A stretch of 64,000 nt of DNA, from the NCBI GenBank assembly GCA_964016885.1, contig OZ024743.1, forward strand, positions 41,416,001-41,480,000. Reading direction: 5' to 3'. The notes under the pieces were generated by a model that worked only from the letters and a program-made list of their open reading frames with translations, was not told the DNA's origin and ran no database searches. The position numbers were made by a program, and so were the translations under genes. Of this stretch, positions 43,099 through 57,074 are shown in pieces. This DNA is from Eledone cirrhosa (lineage: Eukaryota). Within the stretch, counting starts at the first letter, position 1; each line of letters opens with the position of its first letter.

Positions 43099-43284
43099 CG
43101 GTGAATTGGCAGTATCGGTAGAGGATACCATGCTTTCTAGAATAGAGTTACGTCCCTTTACGGACTAAGTTCAAATCCCGCCGAGGTTAACTTTGACTCT
43201 CATCCTCACGGGGTCGATAAAATAAAGTACCAGTAATATACTGGGATATTTGCTGGCCTTGTGCTTAATGTAGAAACAATTATT
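43099..43284 (+). mobile_element. SINE copy
   Basis: Head, core and tail present. Confidence 0.88.
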
Positions 43285-44174
43285 ATACTACCGTGTTATT
43301 ATTACTTTCTATGTCTCATCCCACGACTTTGGATCGTATTTTATACTTCACTGCTTAGTACATTCCATATATAATATTGTTTAATATAATATTCAGTGAG
43401 CCCTATATATAATAATACTTTAATTTGATTTGGTTTTAATTTAACTTGAACTTCAGGGATAACTTGAAGTAGGCACATTCTCTATCTAAGTATGACTATA
43501 TGTAGTCAGTAACCTCTTTCGCTTAATTTATAACGCCATGGAACCAAATATGAATATATGATATTCGTCGGTATTGACAGCGTTTGGGATGTGAATTAAT
43601 TTATCGACCGGCAACGTGTGGTCCTCAGAGTAACGCTCTCCACAATAATTTTGTTTACATATCTCGAGTGCTTCAAATTGATTACTTTTCCCCTCCCTTA
43701 ATTTTTTTAATATACTCGGTTCATAGTAACCCATTTACGTTGGCTTTTGCAGTAGTATGTTGGACTGCCGGGTCGGTTGAAAATAAAGCTTTCGAGGCTC
43801 GCACATAAATATGCACGAAATAGCTTTCACAACCCCTCTTCCTCTATTAATGTACTTACGTGAATCCTGGTCATTAGGATTATAAATAACTGCCTTTATT
43901 ATAATTTATTTAAAATACATTTATCACATAGAGTTTATAATTTCTGGTAAACTTTATAGATATTGGTAAGTTATTAATCTTACCATTCTTATAATTCTCA
44001 TTATTCTTGTAGCCTTAATACCATTATGATTTTTTTATATCTTTTTATCGATAATACTTTTTATATCTTTTTATCGATAATTCTTGTTAATATTTATTTA
44101 AGTTTTGTTTATTTATTTTTAATTATCTTTTTGTTTCATTGTTATTATTATATTTTATTATTATATATTATATA

Positions 44175-44680
44175 TTCAATTCCCGCCGAGGTTTACTTTG
44201 CCTTTCATCCTTACGGGGTCGATAAAATAAAGTACCAGTAATGTACTGGTATAATTGCTGGCCTTGTACCAAAAGTAGAAACAATTATTATATATTATAT
44301 ATTATATTATATTATATTATTGATTGGCAGTACAGGTTAGAGGGTCGGACGTCATGCTTTGACGTATAGAGTTAAGGCCCTTGTCATTCTGAGTTCAAAT
44401 CCCGCCGAGTTTAACTTTGCCTTTCATCCTTACGTGGTCGATAAAATAAAGTACCAGTAATGCACTGGGATAATTGCTGGCCTTGTGCCAAAAGTAGAAA
44501 CAATTATTATATTTTACTGATTGGCAGTATCGGTAGAAGTTCGGACGCCTTGCTTTGCAGCATAGAGTTACATCCACTTATGGTTTGAGTTCAAATTGCC
44601 TTACGGGGTCGACAAAAATAGAGTACCAGTAATGTACTGGGATATTTGCTGGCCTTGTGCCAAAGGTAAAAACAATTATT
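44175..44680 (+). mobile_element. Three head-to-tail SINE copies
   Basis: 44175-44290 (5'-truncated), 44320-44510 and 44518-44680, separated by (ATT)n/(ATATT)n tails. Confidence 0.9.
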
Positions 44681-45029
44681 TTTACTATTTTTACATATTA
44701 TATAGTTTCAATCGATTACAATTTGACCCTTTAAATATATACATTCATCGTAGACTGATTTTTTGGGACTGACGTCCAACAATTTAATATCCTTTAATTT
44801 CCGCGGCAGAGAAGCCTTGGTTGTAATTATTGAATGGCATTTTCTAAGAACGGATGAATTCCTGTCGGTACATGACAATCTCACCTATTCCAACACGTCT
44901 ACCAGCCCGCAAGTCTGATAGGACTTGATAGGACTTGATAATGTTACATTCGAGGATAGTCTGCTATCAATTTCTTTGTATCTTCTATCTTTTATTCTCT
45001 GATTGAGTTCAATATAATCCTATTATATA

Positions 45030-45320
45030 ATTCTGAATATAACAACTGATGAAATCATCTAGTTTAACATCATAACCGGATGATATGCCATCGAAATATG
45101 AAAGTGCTTTCGCGGAATTAAAATTCTGAAGAAAATCTTTCCAGTCCGGGCTTTTGTTGTATTAATGAATACTTTGCTCCGTTACTGCACCAGCTACTGG
45201 ATACCACATCTAGAATTGATGATTGCATAACGTTGAGTGCTTTATGTTAATTTGCTGTATCATCGTTTACCAACCAGAAACACACGTTCTATCCATTGGT
45301 AAACAGCCTAACATAAATGA
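45030..45320 (+). mobile_element. PLE pLTR-like remnant with an HHR-like motif
   Basis: CTGATGA aatcatct...ggatgat...GAAATATG at 45046-45100; same family as 57240-57690 and distantly 63300-63502. Confidence 0.55.
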
Positions 45321-45360
45321 TATATGTGTGCGTGTATACATACATATATATATATATGAT

Positions 45361-45495
45361 TACTCCCGAATGAAGCAGTTCTAGTCCTGTAGAAGCCATT
45401 TTATATTAAATATATATATATATTCCGTATAACCATGTCCATTACGAGCTGAGGATCCGCTAATGTGAAACAATTGTCATCGATATGGTTAACTA
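45361..45495 (+). mobile_element. PLE pLTR-like remnant with a degenerate HHR
   Basis: CGAG CTGAGGA tccgctaatgt GAAAC AATT GTC ATCG at 45445-45482. Confidence 0.6.
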
Positions 45496-45577
45496 ACTGT
45501 TGTGTTACCACTTCTACCTAACTCGTCCCATGAACCGAGTGCTATACCACTACATATATTACCTTCCAGTGTTCTAC

Positions 45578-45690
<113 letters not shown>

Positions 45691-45822
45691 TAAAAAAAAT
45701 GATGAAATCGAAAATGCAACTGGAGTCTTATTTAAAATATATATATTGTCTTTTGCTTTTGATTATTTTGTGTGTTTCAAGGGCTTTTTTTCATTCTTGG
45801 GTCTTGTTTTAGTAGTGTGATG

Positions 45823-45857
45823 TTTACCGGTTTCGCAGTTCTTCTGCTTTTCAAAAG
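45823..45857 (-). ncRNA. Hammerhead ribozyme, U3-A8 variant, with its 3' stem I strand replaced
   Basis: Minus strand CTT TTGAAAA GCAG aagaa CTGC GAAAC CG GTA AA, followed by ORF-derived sequence. Confidence 0.65.
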
Positions 45858-46299
45858 TAGAGTTGAGATGGAGGGTCCGTAGTTTTCCTCACATCTGGTT
45901 GGTCTTTGAATGTTACTTGTTTACATGAAAAAAAGTGACTCGAAACGCCAGGTTTTTACAGTAGTAATTTGATTGGTTGGTCAATAATTATTATAAATTT
46001 CGCGCGAGTTCGCGTTACAAAGTTCTTCAAACAGGGGGGGGGGGGCTCAGGTTATTTGTTTCGTATATGAGTGTTTGAATTTCTTTTTACTTAAAAAAAA
46101 TGGGACTCACGAAGACTTTTTTTTAATAAACGTAATTTGATTGGTTATACATGAAATTGTGGCTGTCACGTGAACAAGTTTTCATTAAAATTCGCGCCCT
46201 TATTTGGAAATCTATTATGTAGCCTTTTTAGAGAATGTTATGACAAACAAAAGATAATGGTCAAGAGAAATGGGATCAGAGAATTGTTCTGGTCCAATA

Positions 46300-46860
46300 T
46301 TCTATCATATATCTCAACACACAACCCAAGAAATGCGGAACCTTACAACACTATTCACAAGAACATCACACTACTAAAACAAGACCCAAGAATGAAAAAA
46401 AGCCCTTTAAACACACAAAATAATCAAAAGCAAAAGACAACCGAAATCATGAAAACATTGCTCACCAATGCCAAATTACCTACCACAAATCCACAACCAA
46501 CTGTCAAAAAATGTGGTCGCTCTAATTGTGGAACCTGCACTCACCTCATTGAAGGCAACACGTATACATTTAAATCAGAACAAAATGTTGCTGTAAAAAA
46601 TCACTTCACTTGCTCATCAAAAAATCTACTTTGTGCCATTAAATGTAAAGGATTCAATGGAGATTATATAGGACAAACTAAACTCAACCTCAGAAACAGA
46701 ATGACAGTTCATCGCCAGAGACAGATACCACGAGACAGATACCACTAAGCGCATATCTAGACATATGCGCAAGTAAGAAGACACCCACATTCCAAGTCTT
46801 CCCATTTTACCTTTGCGCTAACAATTCGACAGAACAAATACGAATAATTAAGGAAAATAT
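46300..46860 (+). pseudogene. PLE Cys-linker plus GIY-YIG endonuclease fragment
   Basis: YISTHNPRN...VKKCGRSNCGTCTHL...FTCSSKNLLCAIKCKGFNGDYIGQTKLNLRNRMTVHRQ. Confidence 0.9.
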
Positions 46861-47305
46861 GATAGAATATTGGACCAGAACAATTCTCTCATCCCATTTC
46901 TCTTGACCATTATCTTTTGCTTGTCATAAAATTGTCTAAAAAGGCTACAGAATAGATTTCCAAATAAGGGCGCGAAATTTAATGAAAACTTATTCACGTG
47001 ACAGCCATAATTTCATTCATAACCAATCAAATTACGTTTATTAAAATAAAGCCTTCGTTAGCCCTATTTTTTTTAAGTAAAAAGAAATTCAAACACTCAT
47101 ATATGAAAAGACAACCTGAGTCCCCTCCTTGTTTGAAAAATTTGTAACGCGAACTGGCGCGAAATTTATAATAATTATTGACAAACCAATCAAATTACTT
47201 CTCTAAAAACCTGGCGTTTCGAGCTACTTTTTTCCATATAAAACAAGTAACATTCAAAGACCAACCAGATGTGAGAAAAACCACAGACCCTCCATCTCAA
47301 CTCTA

Positions 47306-47341
47306 CTTTTGAAAAGCAGAAGAACTGCGAAACCGGTAAAG
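47306..47341 (+). ncRNA. Hammerhead ribozyme, U3-A8 variant
   Basis: CTT TTGAAAA GCAG aagaa CTGC GAAAC CG GTA AAG. Confidence 0.7.
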
Positions 47342-47472
47342 GAACCAAATAAATATATATATAATTTTAAAAAATAAGGCTCCCGTTTCATTTTCGATTT
47401 CATCTATTTTTCTTTATACTTTCACTCGTGTAGGACACCTCGGTTATTTTTCATTTCGTAAAAATATCTCAC

Positions 47473-47573
<101 letters not shown>

Positions 47574-48549
47574 TATATACACATACACATACATATATAT
47601 ATACACATACACATACATATATATTTCCTCAAATTAGATGACTGAAAACACACATGCTTTTTCTCAAATAACACTTTCCGTTCCTTCTTCTTTTTACCCT
47701 CTAACTTTCTATTTTATATTATATTTCTCATTCAGTCTTCTGATGAAAAGCTAGTGTCCAATGTCTGAAACGTTAACAACCTTTTCCAATGACATGAAAC
47801 ATTAAACTAATATCTTTATTCATTGTATGGTGTTGTTTGCTCCATTGTTTCCGTTTACTTTTTCCCCCACAGACATAAATATGTGTGTGATTGTTTGTTT
47901 GTGTGCGTGTGTGTTTTTGGGTGTATGTGTGTGTGCGTATGTTTGTATTTGTAAGTGTGTGTGTGCAATGTTTGTGTGTATGTGCGTTTGTGTGTGTGAG
48001 TGTGCGTGTGTTTGTGTTTACATTTTGTTATTATTTAGTCTGATATCGCACTATACCGAACAGAAAGGCGTAAGATAAACGACATTGCCTCCAAGAGCAT
48101 ATAGTTTACGCTTCAGAAAGAGGGCCTCATGTCTGTAGCATTTTTATAGATATATATCATATTCTGATATGATATATATTTGTGTACTATTTCAAACTGG
48201 GGAAGCTTCGTTTTTTAAGAATATATTCATTGCTTTACATTTCAAAATGTTCCTCTTGTATCATACGTATTTTTCCGTAGAGATAAATAACAATAACGAG
48301 AAGATTAGATGGTAATGTCTTTGACATAGGTTGGTTAGATGAAGGTGTAGAAGTTGTTGTTGATATTGATGATGATGATGACGACGACCATGATGATGAT
48401 GATGTTACGATGATGATGAAGAAGAAGAAAAAGTTGGCGATGATGACAATGATTAAATACAACAGCAATAACAACAAAAACATTCAAAATGAAAAGCCCG
48501 ATGAAATGTGGGCTGTTACCTTCTGAAATGTTTGACCGAGTAATAATCT

Positions 48550-48890
48550 AATTGTTTCTACTCTTGGCACAAGGCCAGAAAATTCCCAGTGTATTACTGG
48601 TACTTTATTTTATCGACCCCATAAGGATGAAAGGCAAAGTTAACCTCGACGGGATTTGAACTCAGAATGGCAAGGGCTGTAACTCTATGCGTCAAAGCAT
48701 GGCATCCGGCCCTCTACCGATACTGCCAATTCAGTAATAATATAATTGTTTCTACTTTAGGCACAAGGCCAGCAAATTACCCAGTGCATTACTGGTACTT
48801 TATTTTATCGACCCCGTAAGGATGAAAGGCAAAGTCAACCTCGGCGGGATTTGAACTCAGATCGTAAAGGGACGTAACTATGCTGGAAAA
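48550..48890 (-). mobile_element. Two tandem SINE copies
   Basis: Reverse-complement cores at 48600 and 48795. Confidence 0.9.
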
Positions 48891-49455
48891 ATTGTCAATA
48901 TCGATATATAACCTCTCTTTTTCAATGTACAATGTTATTTACATCTCTGGCAAATGTTAACGTTCGGATTCATGTTTGTACTGGAGTGAGTACTTACTCA
49001 TTGTTACTCATGCAAGTAACCTGTTTTGTGGATAATAGTATATTGCAGGGGTGGTTATCAGCATAGTTAGTACATGTGCGAAACACTTTGCGATATTTAG
49101 TTACAAGACTTTAAATCCTGAGTAAAATTCTGTTGAGCTGAAAAATACACGTCATCCTCCATGGGACGATAACATTGAAATAAATTACCAGTCTATTACA
49201 AGTGTGAATTTAACCGACTTTTCCTTCTCTTAAAAATTTGTCACCTTGTGCCACTGTCAGAAATCAATACTACTATTAACGTATTCCTCTTATATTGATC
49301 TTCTGGATTTTCATATAATTTAAAGTCATTGGTTTAGATCCGGATAATTAATTAGGTGTTAATTAATGACTTTATTAATCTTGAGCTCACGGTAATGTAA
49401 TTAACCAAATGTGTAACAAGAAATATTTCCTGAAGTAGCTTTCATAAGGCAGAAT

Positions 49456-49471
49456 ATGATGATGATGATGT

Positions 49472-49525
<54 letters not shown>

Positions 49526-49682
49526 CTATGACGCTGATGATGATGGCTATGATGATGATGTTGATGATGATGATGATGATGAGGCTAATGATGATGATGA
49601 TGACAATGACGCTGATGATGATGATGACGATGACGATGAAGTTGGTGCTGCTGATGATGATGATTATGAATGTAATGATGAT
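49456..49682. repeat. (ATG)n microsatellite
   Basis: Direct reading of the sequence. Confidence 0.95.
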
Positions 49683-49704
49683 AAATCTTTCTATTTTAGT
49701 TACT

Positions 49705-50590
49705 TGACATATACTTTATTTTATGGAACTCGGAATGATGAAAGGCAAATTTGACCTCGGCAGGATTTGAAATCAGAAAATAAAAAGCTTGCACAAAAGC
49801 TGCAAAACATTTTGTCAGATGCTTTAATGTTTGTGTCAATCGACCACAGGAACTATAATAACAACAATAGAAGCAGTAGCAGCATCACGGCTAACACCAT
49901 AAATATCATCAACAATAACAACAGCAATAATAATATTGTTTCCACTTCAGACACAAGGCTGGCGTATTGAGGGTCGGTACTTTATGTTATCGACTGCATA
50001 AGGATAAAATACAAAGCTAACCTCTTCGGGATTTGAAATCAGAACGTAGAAAGTCGTAACTATATGCTGCAAAACATGTTGTCCGACGCTCTACCAATAC
50101 TGCCATTCCAACGCCTTACAACAACAATAATAATGGTTTCTTATATAGGCACAAGGCCAGTAATTTTGGGGGAGGCCAAAGTCGATTACATCGACCCCAG
50201 TGCGGGACTGGTACTTTATTTTATCGACCCCGTAAGGATGAAAGGCAAAGTTAACCTCGGCGGGATTTGAACTCAGACCGTAAATGGACGTAACTACGCT
50301 GGGAAGCATGGCGTTCGACCTTTTATGCTATGCTTTCCAATATAGTTACCTCCCTTTACGATAATAATAATAATGATTTCTACTATAGGCACAACACATG
50401 GCCAGCAAATTTGGAGGATGGGAAAGACGGTTAAATCGACCTCAGTACATTAATGGTACTATATTTAACGATCCCGTAAGGATGAAAGATAAAGCTTACC
50501 TCGGCGGGATATGAACTCAGAACGTAAAGGGCCGTAAGTAGTTGCAAAGCATATTGTCATGCGCTTTACCGATACTATCAATTTACCGCC
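49705..50590 (-). mobile_element. Cluster of four SINE copies of different ages
   Basis: Cores at about 49735, 49995, 50225 and 50475. Confidence 0.85.
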
Positions 50591-51183
50591 TTAATATGCC
50601 TTCTAATAGTAACACATACCACATAACTTCCCCATTCGTAGAACAAACTATACTTTCGGAACAGAAATAGCCACCGTGTCCATAGCTTCTCTTACGACCA
50701 TGCCAGGTAATGAAATATACAGGCTACTAACATGTTCACCACCTCCATTTTGCTACACAGACCCTCTCGGCTGCTACTATATATGTGTTTATGTACGTAT
50801 ATATAAACATGCATACACATTCACATACACCCACGTACGACGGTCAGTTCATAGGCGCACGCTCACTAATGCATACATGTTCTCTCAGCAGAGAACCCTT
50901 CACGGTTTATTGCTTCTCTTACAAACAAATGTTCAACCCTTCACGCGTACACACACGAACGAACCAACACACGAACGCATACTCACATCTCCACCTCACA
51001 TAGAAATTGATTACCTCCCTTTCATAACCTCTCTCACGCGGAAGATACTCCTTTAACGGCCACTCTCCAAAATGGCAGACTGTATAGCGCACGTGTTTTT
51101 TCTCTCAGTTTTTTCCTTAATTTTTCCTCGTTCCCTACTCTTACCACACTTTGGTCTCTATTTATCTTCTATTTCTAACTTTA

Positions 51184-51219
51184 TCTTCTGATGAAGGACC
51201 AGTGTTCGAAACGTTAGGA
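51184..51219 (+). ncRNA. Minimal hammerhead ribozyme
   Basis: TCTT CTGATGA A GGAC cagt GTTC GAAAC GTT AGGA. Confidence 0.72.
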
Positions 51220-51349
51220 CTATCTTCCTTCTATTTCAAACCTTAAACCAATATATTTCTTCCATGTACTGTGCCTTTAGTTTTATTACTGTTTACATTT
51301 CACCCCCACCCCCACTCACACCTATACACATTCACACACACACACACGC

Positions 51350-51461
<112 letters not shown>

Positions 51462-51619
51462 TATTAAATACAATACTACAACGAAGACGTCGTTGTAATA
51501 ATTAATTCAATAATAAAAGCCGTCCCATGTACTGTGTGCTCTACAGGTCGGATATATTTCCGAAATGACTACTTATATAAAGACTAGAAGTGTTTAATTC
51601 TGGAGAAATCATCAGGAAG

Positions 51620-51684
<65 letters not shown>

Positions 51685-51717
51685 TGTATATATTATATGT
51701 ATATATATATATATACA

Positions 51718-51811
<94 letters not shown>

Positions 51812-52017
51812 ATATATATACATATATATGTATATATAGGCTTCCTGATTCTTTTTGAATTGAGTTTGAATTATTTTTCCAACGTCTTACGTTAACTATT
51901 TTCACATTTTGACGCTATAGTCACTTATATATTATGGAATACTGTAGGCTTCTTGCTACAATACTTTCTATACCTTTCATTTATATATATATATTATATA
52001 TATATATATATATATAT

Positions 52018-52099
<82 letters not shown>

Positions 52100-52685
52100 A
52101 ATAGAATACATTATTTCATAACAATATTTTAGAGAACTTTCTAGAACCTTCATGCATGTGTGTGTAGTTAAGGCGGTAATTTGCAACTATCACTAATAAC
52201 TTCAACATAACCACATTTAATGATTTCCACCACTAACATCACTCCCCACGAACGTCCACAACAAACTCCAATGAGCCTATAAACGCCTCCTCAACACCAT
52301 CATTACTACCTCCACCGTGCCCACCCCGTTACTACCACCTCCACCTGCTTCACTACAAACAGCCACCAGCCAACATCTCGATCACGAGCTATCGATGACA
52401 GCTGTATTGGCAGGACTACTAGCTCCGCAACTATTTTAGTTCTATCACTATGAAGACATGGTAGTGAAAGTAGGAAGTATATAGCTTGCTGTTTGGGCAT
52501 TTATAGCGTACACAAACGTACACACACACTGATATATAGACTTATATTGATGCTTATATACATACATGCATAGATATGTGCATGCATGCAAACTTCCATG
52601 GAAACACGCACACATCTATCTCTTTCTATCTATACACATTGTAAGTATACATAAAGTAATCACAGATATATGCATAAATACACAC

Positions 52686-52724
<39 letters not shown>

Positions 52725-52753
52725 GATATACATATATATATATATATATATAG

Positions 52754-52833
<80 letters not shown>

Positions 52834-52883
52834 ACATACATGCATATACAGAAACATATTCATGAGACAAAGACATATACATG

Positions 52884-53002
<119 letters not shown>

Positions 53003-53439
53003 TACAAATATATATACATATATGCACACCTTCATTTATATAGAGACAGACAAATACATACATAGTTACGTACGTACATATATACTTACACCTATGCAAG
53101 CATACACTCTTGCATATCGACATACAGACACATACACATAGTTACGTACATACATTTATACTTACACCTATGCAAAGCAAACATACATTCTCACGTGTAG
53201 ATAAGCAGACACATACACCCACTAGAATAAGGTACCTATGTATCAATGTAGTTGCTGGCTGTAGGATGTTGCTAATTTTCATGAAAAGCTGCAATAAATT
53301 TGCAACAATCTAAGATAAGGCAACATACTATGTAGCAACGTTGGAATCAATTAACACTGTTATCAGCAACAACAAAAGCATCATTAATTAAATGTTCAAC
53401 AAAATTATCTGCAACGGCAAGAATTGCGAAATTAATGAA

Positions 53440-54530
53440 AACAACAGAACCAACAGCTACAACAATAGCAACATCAACAATTACAACATTAGTAACAACA
53501 ACATCAGCGTAAAATAAACATCAGTAACAACAGAGTCAACATCAACGACAATAACCTTAGCAACAATAACAGAAACAATAAAAAGAAAAACAGCAACGAA
53601 TAATAATGACAACAAAAAACAACAGCAACAACAACAACAATAACAACAACAACAACAACAACAGGAGCAACGACAACAACACCAACAACACCGACAACAC
53701 AACAACGACACCAACAACACCAACAACTCAACAACAACAACAACACCACCATCAGCACCAACAACAATAACAACAACTATTTCTACAACAATACGAGGAA
53801 GTGTAACAACAAACATAAATCATAAATGCAACAATTGATACAAGAAGGAAATCAACATTAAGAGCAAAAATACCCACCACTTGCTTCATGACCACCACCA
53901 CTACCACCACTGCCACTACCACTACCATTACCACCATCACCACCTCCACCAATACCACCACCACCACCACCAGCACCACTAACACCACCACCGCTACCAC
54001 CACCACCACCACCAACACTACCACCACCAACACCACCACCAGCAATACCAACACCAAAACCACCAGCAACACCACCACCACTACCACCACCACCACCACC
54101 AGCACTACCACCACCACCGCCACCAGCACTACCACCACCACCACAATCACCACCACCAACACCACCACCTGCACTACCACCACCACCACCAGCACCACCA
54201 CCACCGGCACTACCACCACCACCACCACTACTACCACCACCACTAGCACCACCACCACCACCACCACTACTACTATTACCACCACCACCACCGCCGCCAC
54301 CACCACCACCACCACCACTACTACCACCACCACCACCAGAACCTCCAGAACCACCAGCACCACCACCCCCTCTACCACTCCCACCAACACAACCACCACC
54401 ACCACCACTACCACCACCACCACCACCAACAACCACCACTGCCACTCTCATCATCAGGACCACCGACACCATGAGAATAAACCCCACCAACATTATTACC
54501 ATCACTAGCAACAGCAACAACAACAACAAA
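53440..54530. repeat. (CAA)n then (CCA)n degenerate microsatellites
   Basis: Direct reading of the sequence. Confidence 0.95.
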
Positions 54531-55046
54531 ACCTTCGTTTAAAAATAACCCTCTATCCTTCTAAAGCAAATTCCGTTTTCTTCAAACAAAACAAAAACAA
54601 TAGCACAAAATATCTATCTATTCCTAGGTGCACTGTACCTCGGAATACCTTCGACCTGAAGGTAAAATCCAAGTAAAATAAAACAAATGTTACGATGTGA
54701 AATACTAACATCTGTTACGATAAGTATAGCCACAAATCGCGGTGACGGAATAGCTGAATGTAAAAAAACATATCTAAGGAAATTAAAACAAAAACAATAT
54801 ATAGACATGGTTATGTAACTTCAGTCACAATATGTATCGTCCTGATGATTGCAGAAAAAACGATACAGTTCTAGTCATGTAGATGTCGTTTGGATATGAA
54901 ATAAATTCTTTCCTTACGTTTACATTTAAAACATAATTATTAAATATACATACATAGAAACACACACACCCACATATATATATATATATACTGTATATAT
55001 ATATATATAAGTTAAAAGAATGAAATAAAAAATCAAGTCATTAGAA

Positions 55047-55194
55047 ATATACTTCACTGCTTTACGATCGTTTCTAGGCGATGATAATACATCGTAACTA
55101 TACTTCGATATCGATCTATGTAAGGTTAGTTACAAAATATCAAATAAAGAGAATATTTACTTACATGTTTATCACCAGCTGTTGTCAAAAGCAA
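55047..55194 (-). ncRNA. Hammerhead ribozyme, U3-A8 variant, with 107-nt stem II
   Basis: Minus strand TTGCTT TTGACAA cagctggtgat...atcgccta GAAAC GATC GTA AAGCAG; mirror copy at 56681-56818. Confidence 0.62.
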
Positions 55195-55647
55195 TAATAA
55201 TTTTATTCCAAATTAGTAGTAAATTATAAAAAGAAAAAAAAAAAAGATTTCAAGCTATCATGGAACACCATTCTACAAAGAACTCCATATCTTGGGAACA
55301 GGAGAGGATGCAGCTTATGTTCAGGCGGGATCTTGGAAATTACTAAATATATGGACGATTTATTGAATAGAAGACAGGAACTGATTATAGTTTGTAATCA
55401 CCGTATACGAAAAACATTTAAATATTATAAACCTAATGAAATATTCTAAATAGTAACTCACTATAATTATATATAGCGTAACATTTGTTAGTATCCCTTT
55501 TCCCTAATTGTACGCTATCATGCTTATTTCTTACCTTTTAATGTTTTAGCTTCCTTAGATTTATGCGTTAATGACTAAGGGCAACAAGGGACACAACCAC
55601 CAATAATTGCATGAGCAAATATGCATCTATGTATGTATGATATGGGA

Positions 55648-55718
<71 letters not shown>

Positions 55719-56077
55719 TATATGCGAATATATGTGTATAGGTGTGTATAAGTAAATGTATATATATATAGATATATGTTTATATGATTGTATGCACATA
55801 TGTAGATGTATATATATATTTGCATCTATTTATGTATATGTATATTTTAGTTGAGTATCAATATAACTATACCTCTATCTATAATGTGGATATATGCACT
55901 TTGCAATCTATGAAATTTATGCATTTTGACTATGTCAACATGCATTTATCTGAGTTTGATTATTTATACATAGACATACTTAAAGGTAGTTTAAGGCGTA
56001 TCATACGCTGTATTATACTAAGTACAATTTACCACACCGTACTATATTGTGTTACATTATATTATATTATTGTATAA

Positions 56078-56272
56078 ACGGCCATGAATTGGCAGTATGG
56101 GTAGAGGGTCGGACGCCATGCTTTGACGCATAGACTTACGGCCCTTGTCATTCTGAGTTCAAACCCCGTCGAGGTTAACTTTGCCTTTCGTCCTAACGTG
56201 GTTCGATAAAATAAAGTACCAGTAATACTCTGATATAATTGCTGGCCTTGTGCCTATTGTAGAAACAATTAT
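56078..56272 (+). mobile_element. SINE copy
   Basis: Head, core and tail present. Confidence 0.88.
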
Positions 56273-57074
56273 ATTATATTATTGTATTTCTGTATTATTT
56301 TATTATCTTTTTATAATTTCCATCTTTTAATATACTATCTTTCCTAGCCATGTCCTTAATTTATATTCACCCAAAAACTCCATACAACACAACTCAACAT
56401 TTAATTTTTATATTCCTTTTAAACTTCACTATACCATATACATTCAACTCTCAATTTGACAACGCCTTTCTTCCTAATAGATTTTTATGACAATTCTGTT
56501 ATTAACACCATTCAACCATTCCTTTCAAAGGGTCATGACCTCAACTAAAGTGAAATATTTTTCATCTTAACATCATATGGAAAAAAACAATCTGATTGGT
56601 TAGTTCTTCAGCTACCTCCACACAAGGTCATAGAACTAAACATAATACTATTTTACTAAAAATTTTGAATAAAATTATTATTGCTTTTGACAACAGCTGG
56701 TGATATGCATGTAAGTAAATATTCTCTTTATCTGATATTTTGTAACTAACCTTACATACATCGACATCGAAGTATAGTTACGATGTATTATCATCACCCA
56801 GAAACGATCATAAAGCAGTGAAGTATATTTCTAATGACTTGATTTTTTATTTCATTGTTTTAAGTTAACATTGTTTTCCGGGATTTATTTTAACCTTCAA
56901 CATTTTCAACATATGGTTTACATTGAGTTCTTCATGCAGACTAGACCCCACAACTTACCGTGGATATATCTGTGTTTATATATATATATATATGTAGAAG
57001 GTGAGTAATATTGTAGAACAATAAAACTATGCATATATCAGATAAGTAGCACTCAACAGTGGGAAGAACTGGAG

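Larger units (their letters stand above)
55010..56868 (+). mobile_element. PLE-type inverted pLTR pair (55010-55228 / 56646-56868) with a nested SINE and microsatellites
   Basis: The arms are reverse complements with few mismatches; each holds an HHR; the left arm abuts (TA)n. Confidence 0.88.

Noticed and set aside
53481-54529. Cys/Val/Gly/Thr-rich ORFs
   Set aside because: (CAA)n and (CCA)n microsatellite artefacts.
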